Source: a virus
DNA length: 64,000 nucleotides
Reading direction: 5' to 3' (one strand)
IMG/VR virus record: IMGVR_UViG_3300028821_000038
Coordinates: 32,001 to 96,000 of that record
Position 1 is the stretch's first letter; each line of letters starts with the position of its first letter. A program made the position numbers and the translations under genes. The notes below the pieces were generated by a model. The model saw only the letters and a program-made list of their open reading frames with translations. It made no database searches and was not told the origin of the DNA. This document shows positions 18,793 through 28,729 of this stretch, piece by piece.

Positions 18793-20631
18793 TTGATTTT
18801 TGACGACTTTGATTATAAGCGGCGCTATAGAAAGCATCCGCTTTTATCACAATTCAGTAGCTCTTTGCCGTCCAACATCAAGGAGCTTTTTCAGTGGATG
18901 GAATTTATCGTTGCTAACAATCCTATTGCGGCAGCTGGGATTAAGAAGCTTTCAGAGGTTCCGATTACATCCCTTAGATATTCTGCGGGAGACGATGTTG
19001 AGGAGGGGTCTTTCTCTAATAAGGATAGCTGGAAGAGTATCCTGGAAAACAATCTAAACATTAGAGCTGCGCTATTGAATATATCATACAATGCCCACCT
19101 GTATGGTAACTGTTTTATTTCTGTGTATGCCCCAATAGTTAGATTTTTGATATGCGACACCTGTGGTAGCAGAATAAATATAAATCACAGTCAAAAGCTA
19201 AAGGCTTTCATAGAGAAGAGAAAAGATCAGGCTATTGACGAGGCATACGAAGAGGTTGAGCATGGTGACAGTAAAGGAAATGACTATTCCAGGATATACC
19301 AACAGCAGAAAAATGATCGTCAGAAATTAAAATTCAAATGTTTGTGTAGGCAGTGCAAGGCTGTAACGGTTCATACTGCAAAAGATACACCTATCAAAAA
19401 AAAGGAAGATATAAATATCGTTATATGGAATCCGAATCATATTAAATTGGCAGGCAATCCAATTTCAGGCGAGGAGGAAATATACTACGATATTCCAGAT
19501 GAGCTTAAAAGCGCTATAAAGCAAAACGATCCGCTATTGCTTTCCACGACACCTATCCCCATAATAGAATCGGCAATAACCAACAAGATATTCAAATTTT
19601 CAAAAAACTCAATATTTCATCTAAAAAAAGAAGCAATCAGTGGGATATCCACCTCTTGGGGGATTCCTTCTCTCACTGCAGCCATTCCTGCCTTTTTAAC
19701 ACTAATGATTCTTCGCAAGGCAAACGAAAAAATTGCTGCAGACTATATGGTTCCATTAAGGATTATGTTCCCCTCTCAGCAGGCAAATCCCAGCGAGATG
19801 TTCAACTATATGAACGGTACTAACTTTGTGCAAAAGATGAGAACTATGATTGAGAGATGGAAAGCTGATCCATCGGGCGTGCAAACAACTCCATTTCCCG
19901 TAGGAACCGAGACAATATTGGGGGACGGTAAATTGCTGACTCTAAATGCGGAGATTGAGCAACTTGAAGCAAATATCGCCAACAGCTTGGGGATTCCTAT
20001 TGAGTTTATCAAGGGAGGGCTTAGTTATACAGCCCAGGGTAGTTCACTGAGACTACTTGAGAATCAACTTGCAAAAATCACAGCAGGGCTTGATGACGCA
20101 ATTGAATTTATTGTAAATAAAGTTAGTAGAATATTGCATAAAGAGCCTATTCCTATCAAGCTGATTCCGTTCAAGATTATTGATGACCTCCAGGAGAAGG
20201 CTGCTATTATTCAACTTGCATCGTCTGGACAAGGAATGATAAGCAAGGCTACCATTCTTGAAATGTTTAACCTTGATGCTAATAACGAACTCAACAGGTC
20301 TGTTGAAGAGCAAAAAGATGAAGTCAAGAGGCAAATACAGCTTCAAGATTATCAGCAAGAAGTTGCTTCAAGTATTGAAGAGAAAGCTAAACAAAAAGAG
20401 CAGATGAATACTGGAAGCTTCGAGATGCTCAATCAACAGGCACTCATGCAGGAAGCTCAAGTGTATGCACAGCAACTTTCTCAAATGGATCCGGGCATGA
20501 GAAAATCCCAGCTGGATGAGATGGCTAAAACAAACTATATTATGTATGGTGTAGTTAAGGCATTACTGGAGATGCAAGACCACAAGCAGGATTATGCTGC
20601 GGCCCAGCAAGCTAAACAAGATGGCCAATAA
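18793..20631 (+). CDS. putative portal protein with Zn-ribbon insertion
   Basis: 612 aa; YGNCFISV, WNPNHIKL, IFHLK..SWGIP and IANSLGIPIEFI portal-like segments; Q-rich C-terminal coil; head-gene context. Confidence 0.7.
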   Translation: MIFDDFDYKRRYRKHPLLSQFSSSLPSNIKELFQWMEFIVANNPIAAAGIKKLSEVPITSLRYSAGDDVEEGSFSNKDSWKSILENNLNIRAALLNISYNAHLYGNCFISVYAPIVRFLICDTCGSRININHSQKLKAFIEKRKDQAIDEAYEEVEHGDSKGNDYSRIYQQQKNDRQKLKFKCLCRQCKAVTVHTAKDTPIKKKEDINIVIWNPNHIKLAGNPISGEEEIYYDIPDELKSAIKQNDPLLLSTTPIPIIESAITNKIFKFSKNSIFHLKKEAISGISTSWGIPSLTAAIPAFLTLMILRKANEKIAADYMVPLRIMFPSQQANPSEMFNYMNGTNFVQKMRTMIERWKADPSGVQTTPFPVGTETILGDGKLLTLNAEIEQLEANIANSLGIPIEFIKGGLSYTAQGSSLRLLENQLAKITAGLDDAIEFIVNKVSRILHKEPIPIKLIPFKIIDDLQEKAAIIQLASSGQGMISKATILEMFNLDANNELNRSVEEQKDEVKRQIQLQDYQQEVASSIEEKAKQKEQMNTGSFEMLNQQALMQEAQVYAQQLSQMDPGMRKSQLDEMAKTNYIMYGVVKALLEMQDHKQDYAAAQQAKQDGQ

Positions 20632-21328
20632 CCGCTTTGGCTATCTTGATATATTCGTCTTTGAATTTGTAGTTTGCCTCTTGCATTTCTTTGAAAAAGT
20701 TGTCAGAACCCATAAAGGACTTCACTAATCCTTGCTTTCCGACCAGAAGCACAGCAATGCTATTGTCCTCAAACCTGTAAAATACCATAGTTGTAACTAC
20801 GCCGGTAATGACTATATGCGAAGAAATAGTGCGCCCCATTACTTTGTATTTGAAGTCCCCCTTGAGTGAATTTCTAGGAATAAGCCCAACTCCTGCGACT
20901 ATCGAACCATTGATAGTAGATTCACCCCTGAGCTCTATTGTGTTTTTTGCTGCTATCTCTCCTTCGAGCTGCAGTACCCCAAGAGACTGAATATTTTTTT
21001 CGGCAGTAATAGTCCCTTTTATTTTTGCCGGGCCCATCCTGATATCCATTTGGGAATATAGGGTTCCTTCGATATTTACAGTACTTCCGCACACTATTCG
21101 CTTTGCAGCGATATTGCCTTCGCATCCCACATCACCTTTTACAACCATATTCCCCTGTATAGCAACATCAGTCGCGGCATGAAGTACTCCACATATATTT
21201 ACATTTCCGGCAACGACTAGTTTTTTATCAAGGGAAATACCAACATCTGTTGATGAGACAATCTCGTCTATACGATATGCCTCTCCTGCATCTACCAAAA
21301 AGGGATACTCATTATCGATTATTACCAT
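20612..21328 (-). CDS. beta-helix (bactofilin/polymer-forming-like) repeat protein
   Basis: repeats such as VAGNVNICG, IQGNMVVKGDV, IEGTLY, IKGTIT, LEGEIA, INGSIV. Confidence 0.55.
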   Translation of the reverse strand: MVIIDNEYPFLVDAGEAYRIDEIVSSTDVGISLDKKLVVAGNVNICGVLHAATDVAIQGNMVVKGDVGCEGNIAAKRIVCGSTVNIEGTLYSQMDIRMGPAKIKGTITAEKNIQSLGVLQLEGEIAAKNTIELRGESTINGSIVAGVGLIPRNSLKGDFKYKVMGRTISSHIVITGVVTTMVFYRFEDNSIAVLLVGKQGLVKSFMGSDNFFKEMQEANYKFKDEYIKIAKAVIGHLV

Positions 21329-21680
21329 GTTTCCAACCTTTCCAATTGCTCCATGTCAAATTCAGCTTATTCATAGCGTCGAAGACTGTTAAGTCATGTA
21401 TATTCTCGCCAGACTCGTGCAGCATAGCCTGTATGTCCTGGAGGGCCCCAAGATAATTTGAGTATGTTTCCAGCTTTACCAAATCATCTTCCTTTTGACC
21501 CTTCTTGTCTTTTCTGAAGTCGTATTTTTCAATATTAAACTTCGCAGCCCCTATCATTTCCGCAACAGAAAGTTTTTTTTCTATATCAAAAATTTTGTTA
21601 CGGCCATTACTTTCATAATGTTTACTTTTGGGGTTTATAAGTGGATGTATCTCATTCGAAGTATATGTGTTATTTTCCAT
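21312..21680 (-). CDS. DUF3310-like (T7 gp1.7-type nucleotide kinase-like) protein
   Basis: INPKSKHY..GAAKFNIEKYDFRKDKKG..DDLVK. Confidence 0.6.
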   Translation of the reverse strand: MENNTYTSNEIHPLINPKSKHYESNGRNKIFDIEKKLSVAEMIGAAKFNIEKYDFRKDKKGQKEDDLVKLETYSNYLGALQDIQAMLHESGENIHDLTVFDAMNKLNLTWSNWKGWKHGNNR

Positions 21681-21691
21681 CTCTGTGTCCC

Positions 21692-21877
21692 TTATTGTTT
21701 GTATTGCTTTCTTTGATTGTATCGAAGTATTTGCCTATATACATAAACCTCCACATAGTATTTATCATTGCGCCCAAGTTTAACACTAGCCAAATCTTCG
21801 GCATTGATGATTTGGCTATAGTATGTCTTCTAATATTTGGGGCGAAAGCATCTAAATATGCGAAGGATATCGAGCAT
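21692..21877 (-). pseudogene. 61-codon ORF interrupted by an in-frame TAG at codon 16
   Basis: ATG overlaps the nrdB stop (TAATG); frame is open to TAA at 21692 apart from TAG at 21830-21832. Confidence 0.45.
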
Positions 21878-22929
21878 TATATATCATCCCACCCTTCAAG
21901 TATCTCTGGAGACTTGTATGTGATACTTGTAGTTTCAAATTGGTTGGCCCTATTGCTAGACTCATCATCTACAGACGCAATTCTCTCAAGGTGTGCATAT
22001 GGGTTAGTTTTTTGGGTAGGGAATACTTCTGGAACCCCTATTGCTTTGAGTCTCTTGTTTGCAAGGTAATATGTGTATGCCTTTATACTATTAGAATCCA
22101 TACCAAGAACCTTATCACCTATTGTCTCCAAGCTGAATTTAAGTTCTAATTCTACTGCTTTTGTGAAAAACTCTATTGCTACCTCTTCGTAAAAGGATGG
22201 ATTTTCTTCTTGTCTGTATATCTTCAGTATCTCCTCAAAGCCTTTGCAGTGGACAGCCTCATCTCTCTGGATATATCTGATTTGAGTATCTGTTCCAATC
22301 ATCATATTTCTACTGGCTAGGTTGTGAAAAAATTGGAATCCGTTGTAGAAATATAGGCCCTCTAGTGCATAGTTTCCAAGAAGTACGCGATAAAAATTTA
22401 GCTCATTCCTTGTTTCATTGCACTCATCGTATAGCTCAGCAATAAGCTTGTTTCTCTCCAAGAGCAATTGATTATCTCTCCATCTATACACAATATGCCC
22501 CATTTCTTCTTTATTGAGCATATTGGTCAAGATATACCCATATGACCTTGAGTGTATGGCCTCTTCATATGTTTGTCTTGCAAGAAAATAAACTACCTCT
22601 GGCAGCGTAATATAGTCTGCTATGTTGGGTAGATTATTTGTTTGTACGCTGTCAAGGAAAATTAGAAAGGATAAAATATCATCATATCCATCCTTCTCCT
22701 CCTTTGTGAGCTCTTTTTTGTACTGCCTCTTGTCTCTATCCATAGAACTTACTTTTTGAGGAAGCCAGTTATTTGGATACATCACTGTATCGACCAGCTC
22801 AATAAATTTTGGATATTTCACAGAGCTAAGGTCTAGGATGTTAGTGGTCTCTCCGCAGAAAAGTTTCTGCTTCGAGTCATCCGCTGCCGGATTGAACATT
22901 TTTTTATATTCGCATATTTCATTTGTCAT
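21877..22929 (-). CDS. nrdB: class Ia ribonucleotide reductase beta subunit
   Basis: LDSVQ, EEAIHSRSY (radical Tyr), LEGLYFYNGF and RDEAVH diiron ligands. Confidence 0.95.
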   Translation of the reverse strand: MTNEICEYKKMFNPAADDSKQKLFCGETTNILDLSSVKYPKFIELVDTVMYPNNWLPQKVSSMDRDKRQYKKELTKEEKDGYDDILSFLIFLDSVQTNNLPNIADYITLPEVVYFLARQTYEEAIHSRSYGYILTNMLNKEEMGHIVYRWRDNQLLLERNKLIAELYDECNETRNELNFYRVLLGNYALEGLYFYNGFQFFHNLASRNMMIGTDTQIRYIQRDEAVHCKGFEEILKIYRQEENPSFYEEVAIEFFTKAVELELKFSLETIGDKVLGMDSNSIKAYTYYLANKRLKAIGVPEVFPTQKTNPYAHLERIASVDDESSNRANQFETTSITYKSPEILEGWDDI

Positions 22930-22976
22930 TTAGCGCCTCCTATATATGTAGAATGCCGAAGTGTAGCACCTGAAAC

Positions 22977-25259
22977 TTAATTTTTGCAGTCAGAGCATAT
23001 GTTGTTACCATTATCATTAACACTTCCACCTCTCCCAATTGTCAAGCTGTAGTACACCGCTTTTAATTCTTTAGCCCTAAAGGCATCTATAATCTCTTTG
23101 GAGATATCTCCGATATTGGCTATGTCTGGATCTATATCTATCTCCATACTGATTCCTGTGTCCACCCATCGCTGAAGTCTTCTTACAAAACGAATAATAT
23201 CAACAGGATTGTACTGGAACCTTGTCTTGTAGTACCAATATCGCTCTTTTATAAACATAGGTAGAATCGTTACAACCATATCAGAAAGTGTTTGACTCAT
23301 ATCTTTGTTGTGTATAGGTAAGATAGATGGAGAGGCGCCCATCATGATTCCAGTTGTTGTATTTGGCGCATCTGCATTTATAAGCATATTTCGTATACCA
23401 TATCGCATGATATCGCTATGCAAACCAACCCAATCTAATCCATTTGGGCTGAGCTTATTTAGTTCTTCTGGGTCTCTCCCCAGTATTTTTTGGTAGTTTT
23501 CTCGTTTAAATGCCGGATATGGACCAAACTCTTTGGCTAGACTGATGCTAGCTTTGTAGCAATGATAAGATATCAGCTCTGTGATAGATTCTGCGAGATG
23601 AAGCCCATCTTCCGAGTCAAACATAACTTTGTTATATGCCATGTAATCAGCCATCCCAACCTTGCCAATTCCGATATTCCTAATTTCTTGGGATGATAGC
23701 TTTGCTTCGAGCACAGGCATCTCTCCTATGTCTATGCTTTTATCAAGCATAAGGGTTGCGTAGTAACATACCTCTGGAAGTTTTTCGGGATGCTCGATGA
23801 ATTTAGGAAGAGATATTGACACCAGTGAACACGAGTGATACCTACCATTTGTTTTTGTAGTTTCTCTCTTGTCGAGTGTCGATTTTTCTTCCCACTCTGT
23901 TGCCAGTTTAGAAAAACTAAAGCTTTCAACACATAGGTTACCGCATTTTGAAATACCACCATTTTCTTTGTCGTACTTCATATAGTTTGAGAAATTTAGC
24001 ATGTCTTTATGAGTAATAAAGAAGTCTCCAATCTCAATCCAAACCCATAATATTTTTTTCCATATATCCTTCGCTGGTATCTTTTCCCCTGAGATTTTTC
24101 CATTTGCAGCCATCTCTTGGGCTAACTTGATGGCATCCAGCAACTCGTCCTCTATAAGTTCCGTAATGTCGATGCCTGTTTTTTGCTGAAACTCATATTG
24201 ATTGAATATGTAAACATCTTGTTTATTGTGCACAGCCTCTATAAAATAACTGTCTACTACAATCTGAGGGAAAATGTCAAAGGCTTTATCTCTTAAGTCA
24301 CCGTCAAGCTCAGACTTGATTGATAAAAACTCGAAGATATCCATATGCCACCAATCCAAAGCAATAGTTATTGCTCCTTTTCTTGTTCCCCCTTGATCTA
24401 CAGCAACTATGATATCATTGATGATTTTAATCCATTTTGTAATAAGGTTTGCTTCAGCAACATTGTATGAATATGTATATCCTGGGCGCACTTTACCAAA
24501 ATACCATCCTATACCACCCCCAAACCTAGATATGACACCGATATCTGAATGGGTTTTAAAAATAGATGATAAAGAGTCTCCAACTTCCCCAATGAAACAC
24601 GAGCCTGTGTTCCCATTCGGTCGCCTAAGGTTTCTCTTAAATGGTGTTGCAAGAGAAATATATTGGAAGTGTATATAGTAGAACATCTTGAAAAAATGTA
24701 CATCATTACCCTCGGACAGCAACAGCGCATTTGCAATATCCGCTATAACAGGATATTCAATAAAACCATTTTTGTGCTTAATGAGATACTTCGTTTTAAG
24801 CACCTCCACCTGAGAGAATAGCATGTTGAAATCGTAGTTTTCTGAAAGTATGAGCTGTGTCACCCTTTTTTTTGTTTTCTTTGGTAGCTTTTTGAGATAC
24901 TGGATTATGTCTTTTTTATAGTATCCGTTTCTGCATAGATACTCGATAATATCCTCCCAATTTTCGACGGATATTCTTATATTTTTCCATATCTCATTAT
25001 ATAGGTTGTTCATAGAGAGCCTTCCTGTAACAAGATTGTATTCAGGTTGCTCTTTTGATATTTTGTTCTTGCCTGTCTCTATTACAATGTCTTGAATTTC
25101 CGATGTTTTGTATTTTGTTTTTGTGAATCGCAGCATGGATTCCAGCTCTAGTGGATTGACGCCAGTTTTATCTACTGCTTTATGGATCTGTCTTCGAATC
25201 TTATCGATTGAAAACGCTTCTTCTCTTCCGTCTTTCTTGATAACAACTACTGCACTCAT
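22977..25259 (-). CDS. nrdA: class Ia ribonucleotide reductase alpha subunit with ATP cone
   Basis: VIKKDGR ATP cone; SLATP, SCF, GGGIG, QGGTRKGA, GNLCVE, APNTT, C-terminal CSDC; start 25259 has a GGAG RBS. Confidence 0.95.
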   Translation of the reverse strand: MSAVVVIKKDGREEAFSIDKIRRQIHKAVDKTGVNPLELESMLRFTKTKYKTSEIQDIVIETGKNKISKEQPEYNLVTGRLSMNNLYNEIWKNIRISVENWEDIIEYLCRNGYYKKDIIQYLKKLPKKTKKRVTQLILSENYDFNMLFSQVEVLKTKYLIKHKNGFIEYPVIADIANALLLSEGNDVHFFKMFYYIHFQYISLATPFKRNLRRPNGNTGSCFIGEVGDSLSSIFKTHSDIGVISRFGGGIGWYFGKVRPGYTYSYNVAEANLITKWIKIINDIIVAVDQGGTRKGAITIALDWWHMDIFEFLSIKSELDGDLRDKAFDIFPQIVVDSYFIEAVHNKQDVYIFNQYEFQQKTGIDITELIEDELLDAIKLAQEMAANGKISGEKIPAKDIWKKILWVWIEIGDFFITHKDMLNFSNYMKYDKENGGISKCGNLCVESFSFSKLATEWEEKSTLDKRETTKTNGRYHSCSLVSISLPKFIEHPEKLPEVCYYATLMLDKSIDIGEMPVLEAKLSSQEIRNIGIGKVGMADYMAYNKVMFDSEDGLHLAESITELISYHCYKASISLAKEFGPYPAFKRENYQKILGRDPEELNKLSPNGLDWVGLHSDIMRYGIRNMLINADAPNTTTGIMMGASPSILPIHNKDMSQTLSDMVVTILPMFIKERYWYYKTRFQYNPVDIIRFVRRLQRWVDTGISMEIDIDPDIANIGDISKEIIDAFRAKELKAVYYSLTIGRGGSVNDNGNNICSDCKN

Positions 25260-25263
25260 GTAT

Positions 25264-25920
25264 TTACTCCGATAGTGATGAATATGTATCTTCAAGCATT
25301 TTGCTCAAATTTTCCCCAAACTCATCATTGTAGTCTATGTTATGTGCAAGCTCCATCATAACCTTGTTATCCTCTTTTCCATCTTTCCATATTTTTTTAT
25401 AGGTGCCATCTTTGTAGCCATTTTTTTGCCTAAATTCATTCAGTATAGATTTCCCAAAATACATTTTTGGTATATCATCCATATTGATACCTAGCCACAT
25501 AGATAGGTCGGAAACTAGACGCAGCAAGTATATGCCTGACGAGTGGTCTAGTCTTTCCTGTCTGGTTACAAGATGAACAATATCTAAGCACTTCATTATG
25601 GCCAAATCTTTGAAAAAGTACGCATTTTTCTTTCTGTATTGCTCGTAGAGATCCTTTAGCTCCGTCTCTGCCGCATGCAATCCTATAGAAGGAAGGGCCA
25701 TAGATAATGCAAAATGCCATATATCAATACACTCTAGTTGTGCATTGTCCAGATCTATATCTCCGTCTTTCCACCACTTCCAAGCCAATGAGTCCATCAG
25801 CTCTGAAGCTTCCACTACTATAGCCACATTCCAATTGAACCTCTTCTGTAACCACATTGGACCAGCTGTTATCTCATTTAACTCGTATTGTCTTTTTGCC
25901 ATATTAAATAAAGGATTCAT
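25264..25920 (-). CDS. dut: dimeric (all-alpha) dUTPase
   Basis: EASELMDS..WKWWK, ECIDIWHF, KSILNEFRQKNGYKDGTYKKIW..GKEDN. Confidence 0.9.
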   Translation of the reverse strand: MNPLFNMAKRQYELNEITAGPMWLQKRFNWNVAIVVEASELMDSLAWKWWKDGDIDLDNAQLECIDIWHFALSMALPSIGLHAAETELKDLYEQYRKKNAYFFKDLAIMKCLDIVHLVTRQERLDHSSGIYLLRLVSDLSMWLGINMDDIPKMYFGKSILNEFRQKNGYKDGTYKKIWKDGKEDNKVMMELAHNIDYNDEFGENLSKMLEDTYSSLSE

Positions 25921-25932
25921 ATTCTTTCCTTT

Positions 25933-26115
25933 TTATATTACAAAACTCTCTGTTCCGGGCTGCTTGGCTCCGCAGCACTTGCACTCAACATGCCTAGTGT
26001 ACCCTCCGTCAAACACAACCTTAAAAGAACGTTTACCACATTTTACGCATTTCCTGCTTTTACTTGTCGGTCTGCAAAATATAAAAGGAAGCCACTTTAC
26101 AAGAAACTTTTTCAT
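25933..26115 (-). CDS. small Zn-ribbon protein
   Basis: CVKC..CKCC; AGGAG RBS. Confidence 0.6.
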   Translation of the reverse strand: MKKFLVKWLPFIFCRPTSKSRKCVKCGKRSFKVVFDGGYTRHVECKCCGAKQPGTESFVI

Positions 26116-27077
26116 AGCTCTTCTCCTAGAATTTGGCTTTTTGATATTTTTTTATTTAGCTCAAGTATCTGTCTTATGCTTTTTGCATATTTTGCAGTTT
26201 CTGGCTGTGTCCAGTTTTTTGGACCTCCATCATCGGCATATGCATTTCTCTCCCTGAGGAAATGTGGCCATGCAAGATCATCGTTTATCCATCCAGTAAT
26301 GACAAATTTTTTCATTTTAAAATAATATGGCGCACGACTCCATACCTCTCTTGGATATCCAATGCCCTTCAGTAGTTGCTGGATATCGTTTTGAGAAGCT
26401 ATTCGGGTCATATATGATATGAAGCTATCTGCATCCGCCGGAATCTCTTCACCTGCTATCGCATCAGCAATATCCTCGACATCATTATAGATTTGCTCAA
26501 TGACTTCATTTGCATAGCTTACATCCTTCCCAAGGAGCTCTATCTTATCCGGCAGATCTTCAGGGAGCCAATATCTATTTTGTTCACTGACTCTATCACT
26601 TTGTGATTCAGTGGACAACATGGTGTGGGTTACAATCTGGGCCCATACAAACATCGGTGAATTTATCTTAAAGGCAACAAACTCCTTGATTTCATCATTG
26701 TACGGTATGTCCTCATAGGAGATACCTGCATACAATAAAGCCCGCATATTGGTGTATATCTTATTGTTGGCGTAATGGGAAAACCTCATAATGTGTCGGC
26801 GGATGCCTGTAGCGTGTGATGTTATCTTCAGAAACTCATCTTTATCCATAACAACAGGCAAGAACTCCAGGGGTCTTGAGGGCATATTGCCTTCAGCCTC
26901 TCTCATTAGTGACTTGTATCTGACTTCTGGGTTGTTGCTTTTGTCTTTTCCTCTGCTTACAGCAGCGAGGCTTGTAACCCATTCTATTCTGGAATCCTCA
27001 TTTTTATTGGCATGCTCTGCCGGTATAAGCTCAACTTGCCCGCCTCCGTATGTTCCTACTTGTAGACTTTGTTTCAT
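26112..27077 (-). CDS. thyX: divergent FAD-dependent thymidylate synthase (ThyX-like)
   Basis: SRPLEF, SPMFVWAQIVTHTMLSTESQSDR and FLRER..TQPETAKYA; AGGAG RBS before ATG 27077; adjacent to dut and nrdAB. Confidence 0.65.
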   Translation of the reverse strand: MKQSLQVGTYGGGQVELIPAEHANKNEDSRIEWVTSLAAVSRGKDKSNNPEVRYKSLMREAEGNMPSRPLEFLPVVMDKDEFLKITSHATGIRRHIMRFSHYANNKIYTNMRALLYAGISYEDIPYNDEIKEFVAFKINSPMFVWAQIVTHTMLSTESQSDRVSEQNRYWLPEDLPDKIELLGKDVSYANEVIEQIYNDVEDIADAIAGEEIPADADSFISYMTRIASQNDIQQLLKGIGYPREVWSRAPYYFKMKKFVITGWINDDLAWPHFLRERNAYADDGGPKNWTQPETAKYAKSIRQILELNKKISKSQILGEEL

Positions 27078-27085
27078 GTTATCTC

Positions 27086-27286
27086 CTAATTTTGTTTTGA
27101 AAAATATAAACCATCCCTGCGTTCTATGAGTTTTTGTTTGGTTAATTGGTTGAGGGCGGGTTTCGCCCATTTTCCCGCCTTTTTTCTGGGGTACCCAAAG
27201 GCTATACCAATATCCATTGCGGATATGCCGTGTTTACCATACTTCTCGACATACTTAAGAATGTCGCCTTGCTTTGGGGTAAGCAA
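27086..27286 (-). CDS. small winged-HTH (LexA-N-like) DNA-binding protein
   Basis: LTPKQGDILKYVEKY..ISAMDIGIAFGY..LNQLTKQKLIER. Confidence 0.65.
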   Translation of the reverse strand: MLTPKQGDILKYVEKYGKHGISAMDIGIAFGYPRKKAGKWAKPALNQLTKQKLIERRDGLYFSKQN

Positions 27287-27301
27287 CTATCTCCTCCTCT
27301 T

Positions 27302-28729
27302 TTAGATTAATGGCAGCTCTATATTGCCGCTTGGTTCTGACATTGTATCAGAATAATCTTTATGGTCATCTGGATCGGCATCCACATATTCTATCACATA
27401 GCCCTCTTCCTCCTCGTTTAGAAAGGAGGTGGTTTTAGACTTAAACCTCATACCAACAACACAGGTCGGTCCATCTCTATTCTTACCAACAATAACTTCT
27501 GCATTTTCTATTGTCGGTCTCTCATACTCTCCCTTCTCTTCAACATTCCACTCTTTTTCCTTGTAATACTCCGGTCTATAAAGAAACACTATCAAGTCTG
27601 CGTCCTGCTCGATGGAGCCGGAGCCCTGCAAATCCGACATAGTAGGGCGCTTGTTTTCTCGTTTCTCAACCTCTCTGTTTAATTGAGACAAAAGAGCTGT
27701 TGATATCTTCTCGTTTTGAGATATCCTCTTTAGCATTTTAGTTATGTCTCCCAACTCTTTAGCTGTGTTCTCTCTTTTGGGTAGAGTTATTTGAAGTAGG
27801 TGGTCAACAATAACCAATTTGAGATTAGGCATAGTTCTTAATTTCTTTTTGATATCGATTTCGAGTTGCATCGTAGTCATCCCCGCCCTGTCCACTATAG
27901 CGAACCTGTCCTCGTGCTTCTTGAAAAAATCCACAGCATCTTTGAAGCTTGCATAGTCTCCTACCACTCCGCGATTTATATTACTGAGGGGTTCTTGAGC
28001 TTTATATGCAATCAGTCTTTTAAGGGCATTTTTATCAGCTACCTCCATGGAATACAACACAACACTATACCCTTCCTCTAGGGTATGAACTATAGGACCG
28101 CTGGTAAAGCTGGATTTCCCCATTGAGGGTCGCCCCGCAATAACAGTTAATCCATTCTCTACGAATCCACCAACCGACTTGTCGAAATTTTTATATCCGG
28201 TCTTGAGGTATGGTAGCTCCTTGTTGGTTCTGGCATTCTCCATATCTTTATATATTTCTTCAACAATGTCGCTTATGGAGCGGTGCTCGTTATTGCTGCT
28301 GGACTCTTCTAGCTCCTCCAGCATCCTTATAGCCTCCATGGCTATATCATCTGGAGATTTATGCTTTTCTAGCCCCATACCTATTGCACTTCTTAACTCA
28401 ATGAGCTTTCTGGTTTTAGTGTATCTTTTAAGAGATAGCACATAGTCATCACTCAGAGTTATTGGGGTTGCCCCCATTATTTCTATAGTGATATCCTGCG
28501 CGCCCGTAACACCCTCTTTTTTAAGAGCATCCACAATAAATATCTCATCTGTGGGCTGCTTTTCCATTAATAGCTTCTTGATGGTCTTAAAGACTATTTT
28601 ATTTTCTGGTGTAGAGAAGTCCTCTTCAGATAACTTGCCAGTAAATTCAAGTGCCTCTTCCCCGGAGAACATCATAGCCGACAAGACAGCGGTTTCTAAA
28701 GATAATGATGCAAGCTCGATATCACTCAT
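27302..28729 (-). CDS. dnaB: replicative DNA helicase DnaB
   Basis: AGRPSMGKS, SMEV, IVDHLLQ, LSQLNREVEKR..RPTMSDL..SGSIEQDAD, KNRDGP. Confidence 0.95.
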   Translation of the reverse strand: MSDIELASLSLETAVLSAMMFSGEEALEFTGKLSEEDFSTPENKIVFKTIKKLLMEKQPTDEIFIVDALKKEGVTGAQDITIEIMGATPITLSDDYVLSLKRYTKTRKLIELRSAIGMGLEKHKSPDDIAMEAIRMLEELEESSSNNEHRSISDIVEEIYKDMENARTNKELPYLKTGYKNFDKSVGGFVENGLTVIAGRPSMGKSSFTSGPIVHTLEEGYSVVLYSMEVADKNALKRLIAYKAQEPLSNINRGVVGDYASFKDAVDFFKKHEDRFAIVDRAGMTTMQLEIDIKKKLRTMPNLKLVIVDHLLQITLPKRENTAKELGDITKMLKRISQNEKISTALLSQLNREVEKRENKRPTMSDLQGSGSIEQDADLIVFLYRPEYYKEKEWNVEEKGEYERPTIENAEVIVGKNRDGPTCVVGMRFKSKTTSFLNEEEEGYVIEYVDADPDDHKDYSDTMSEPSGNIELPLI

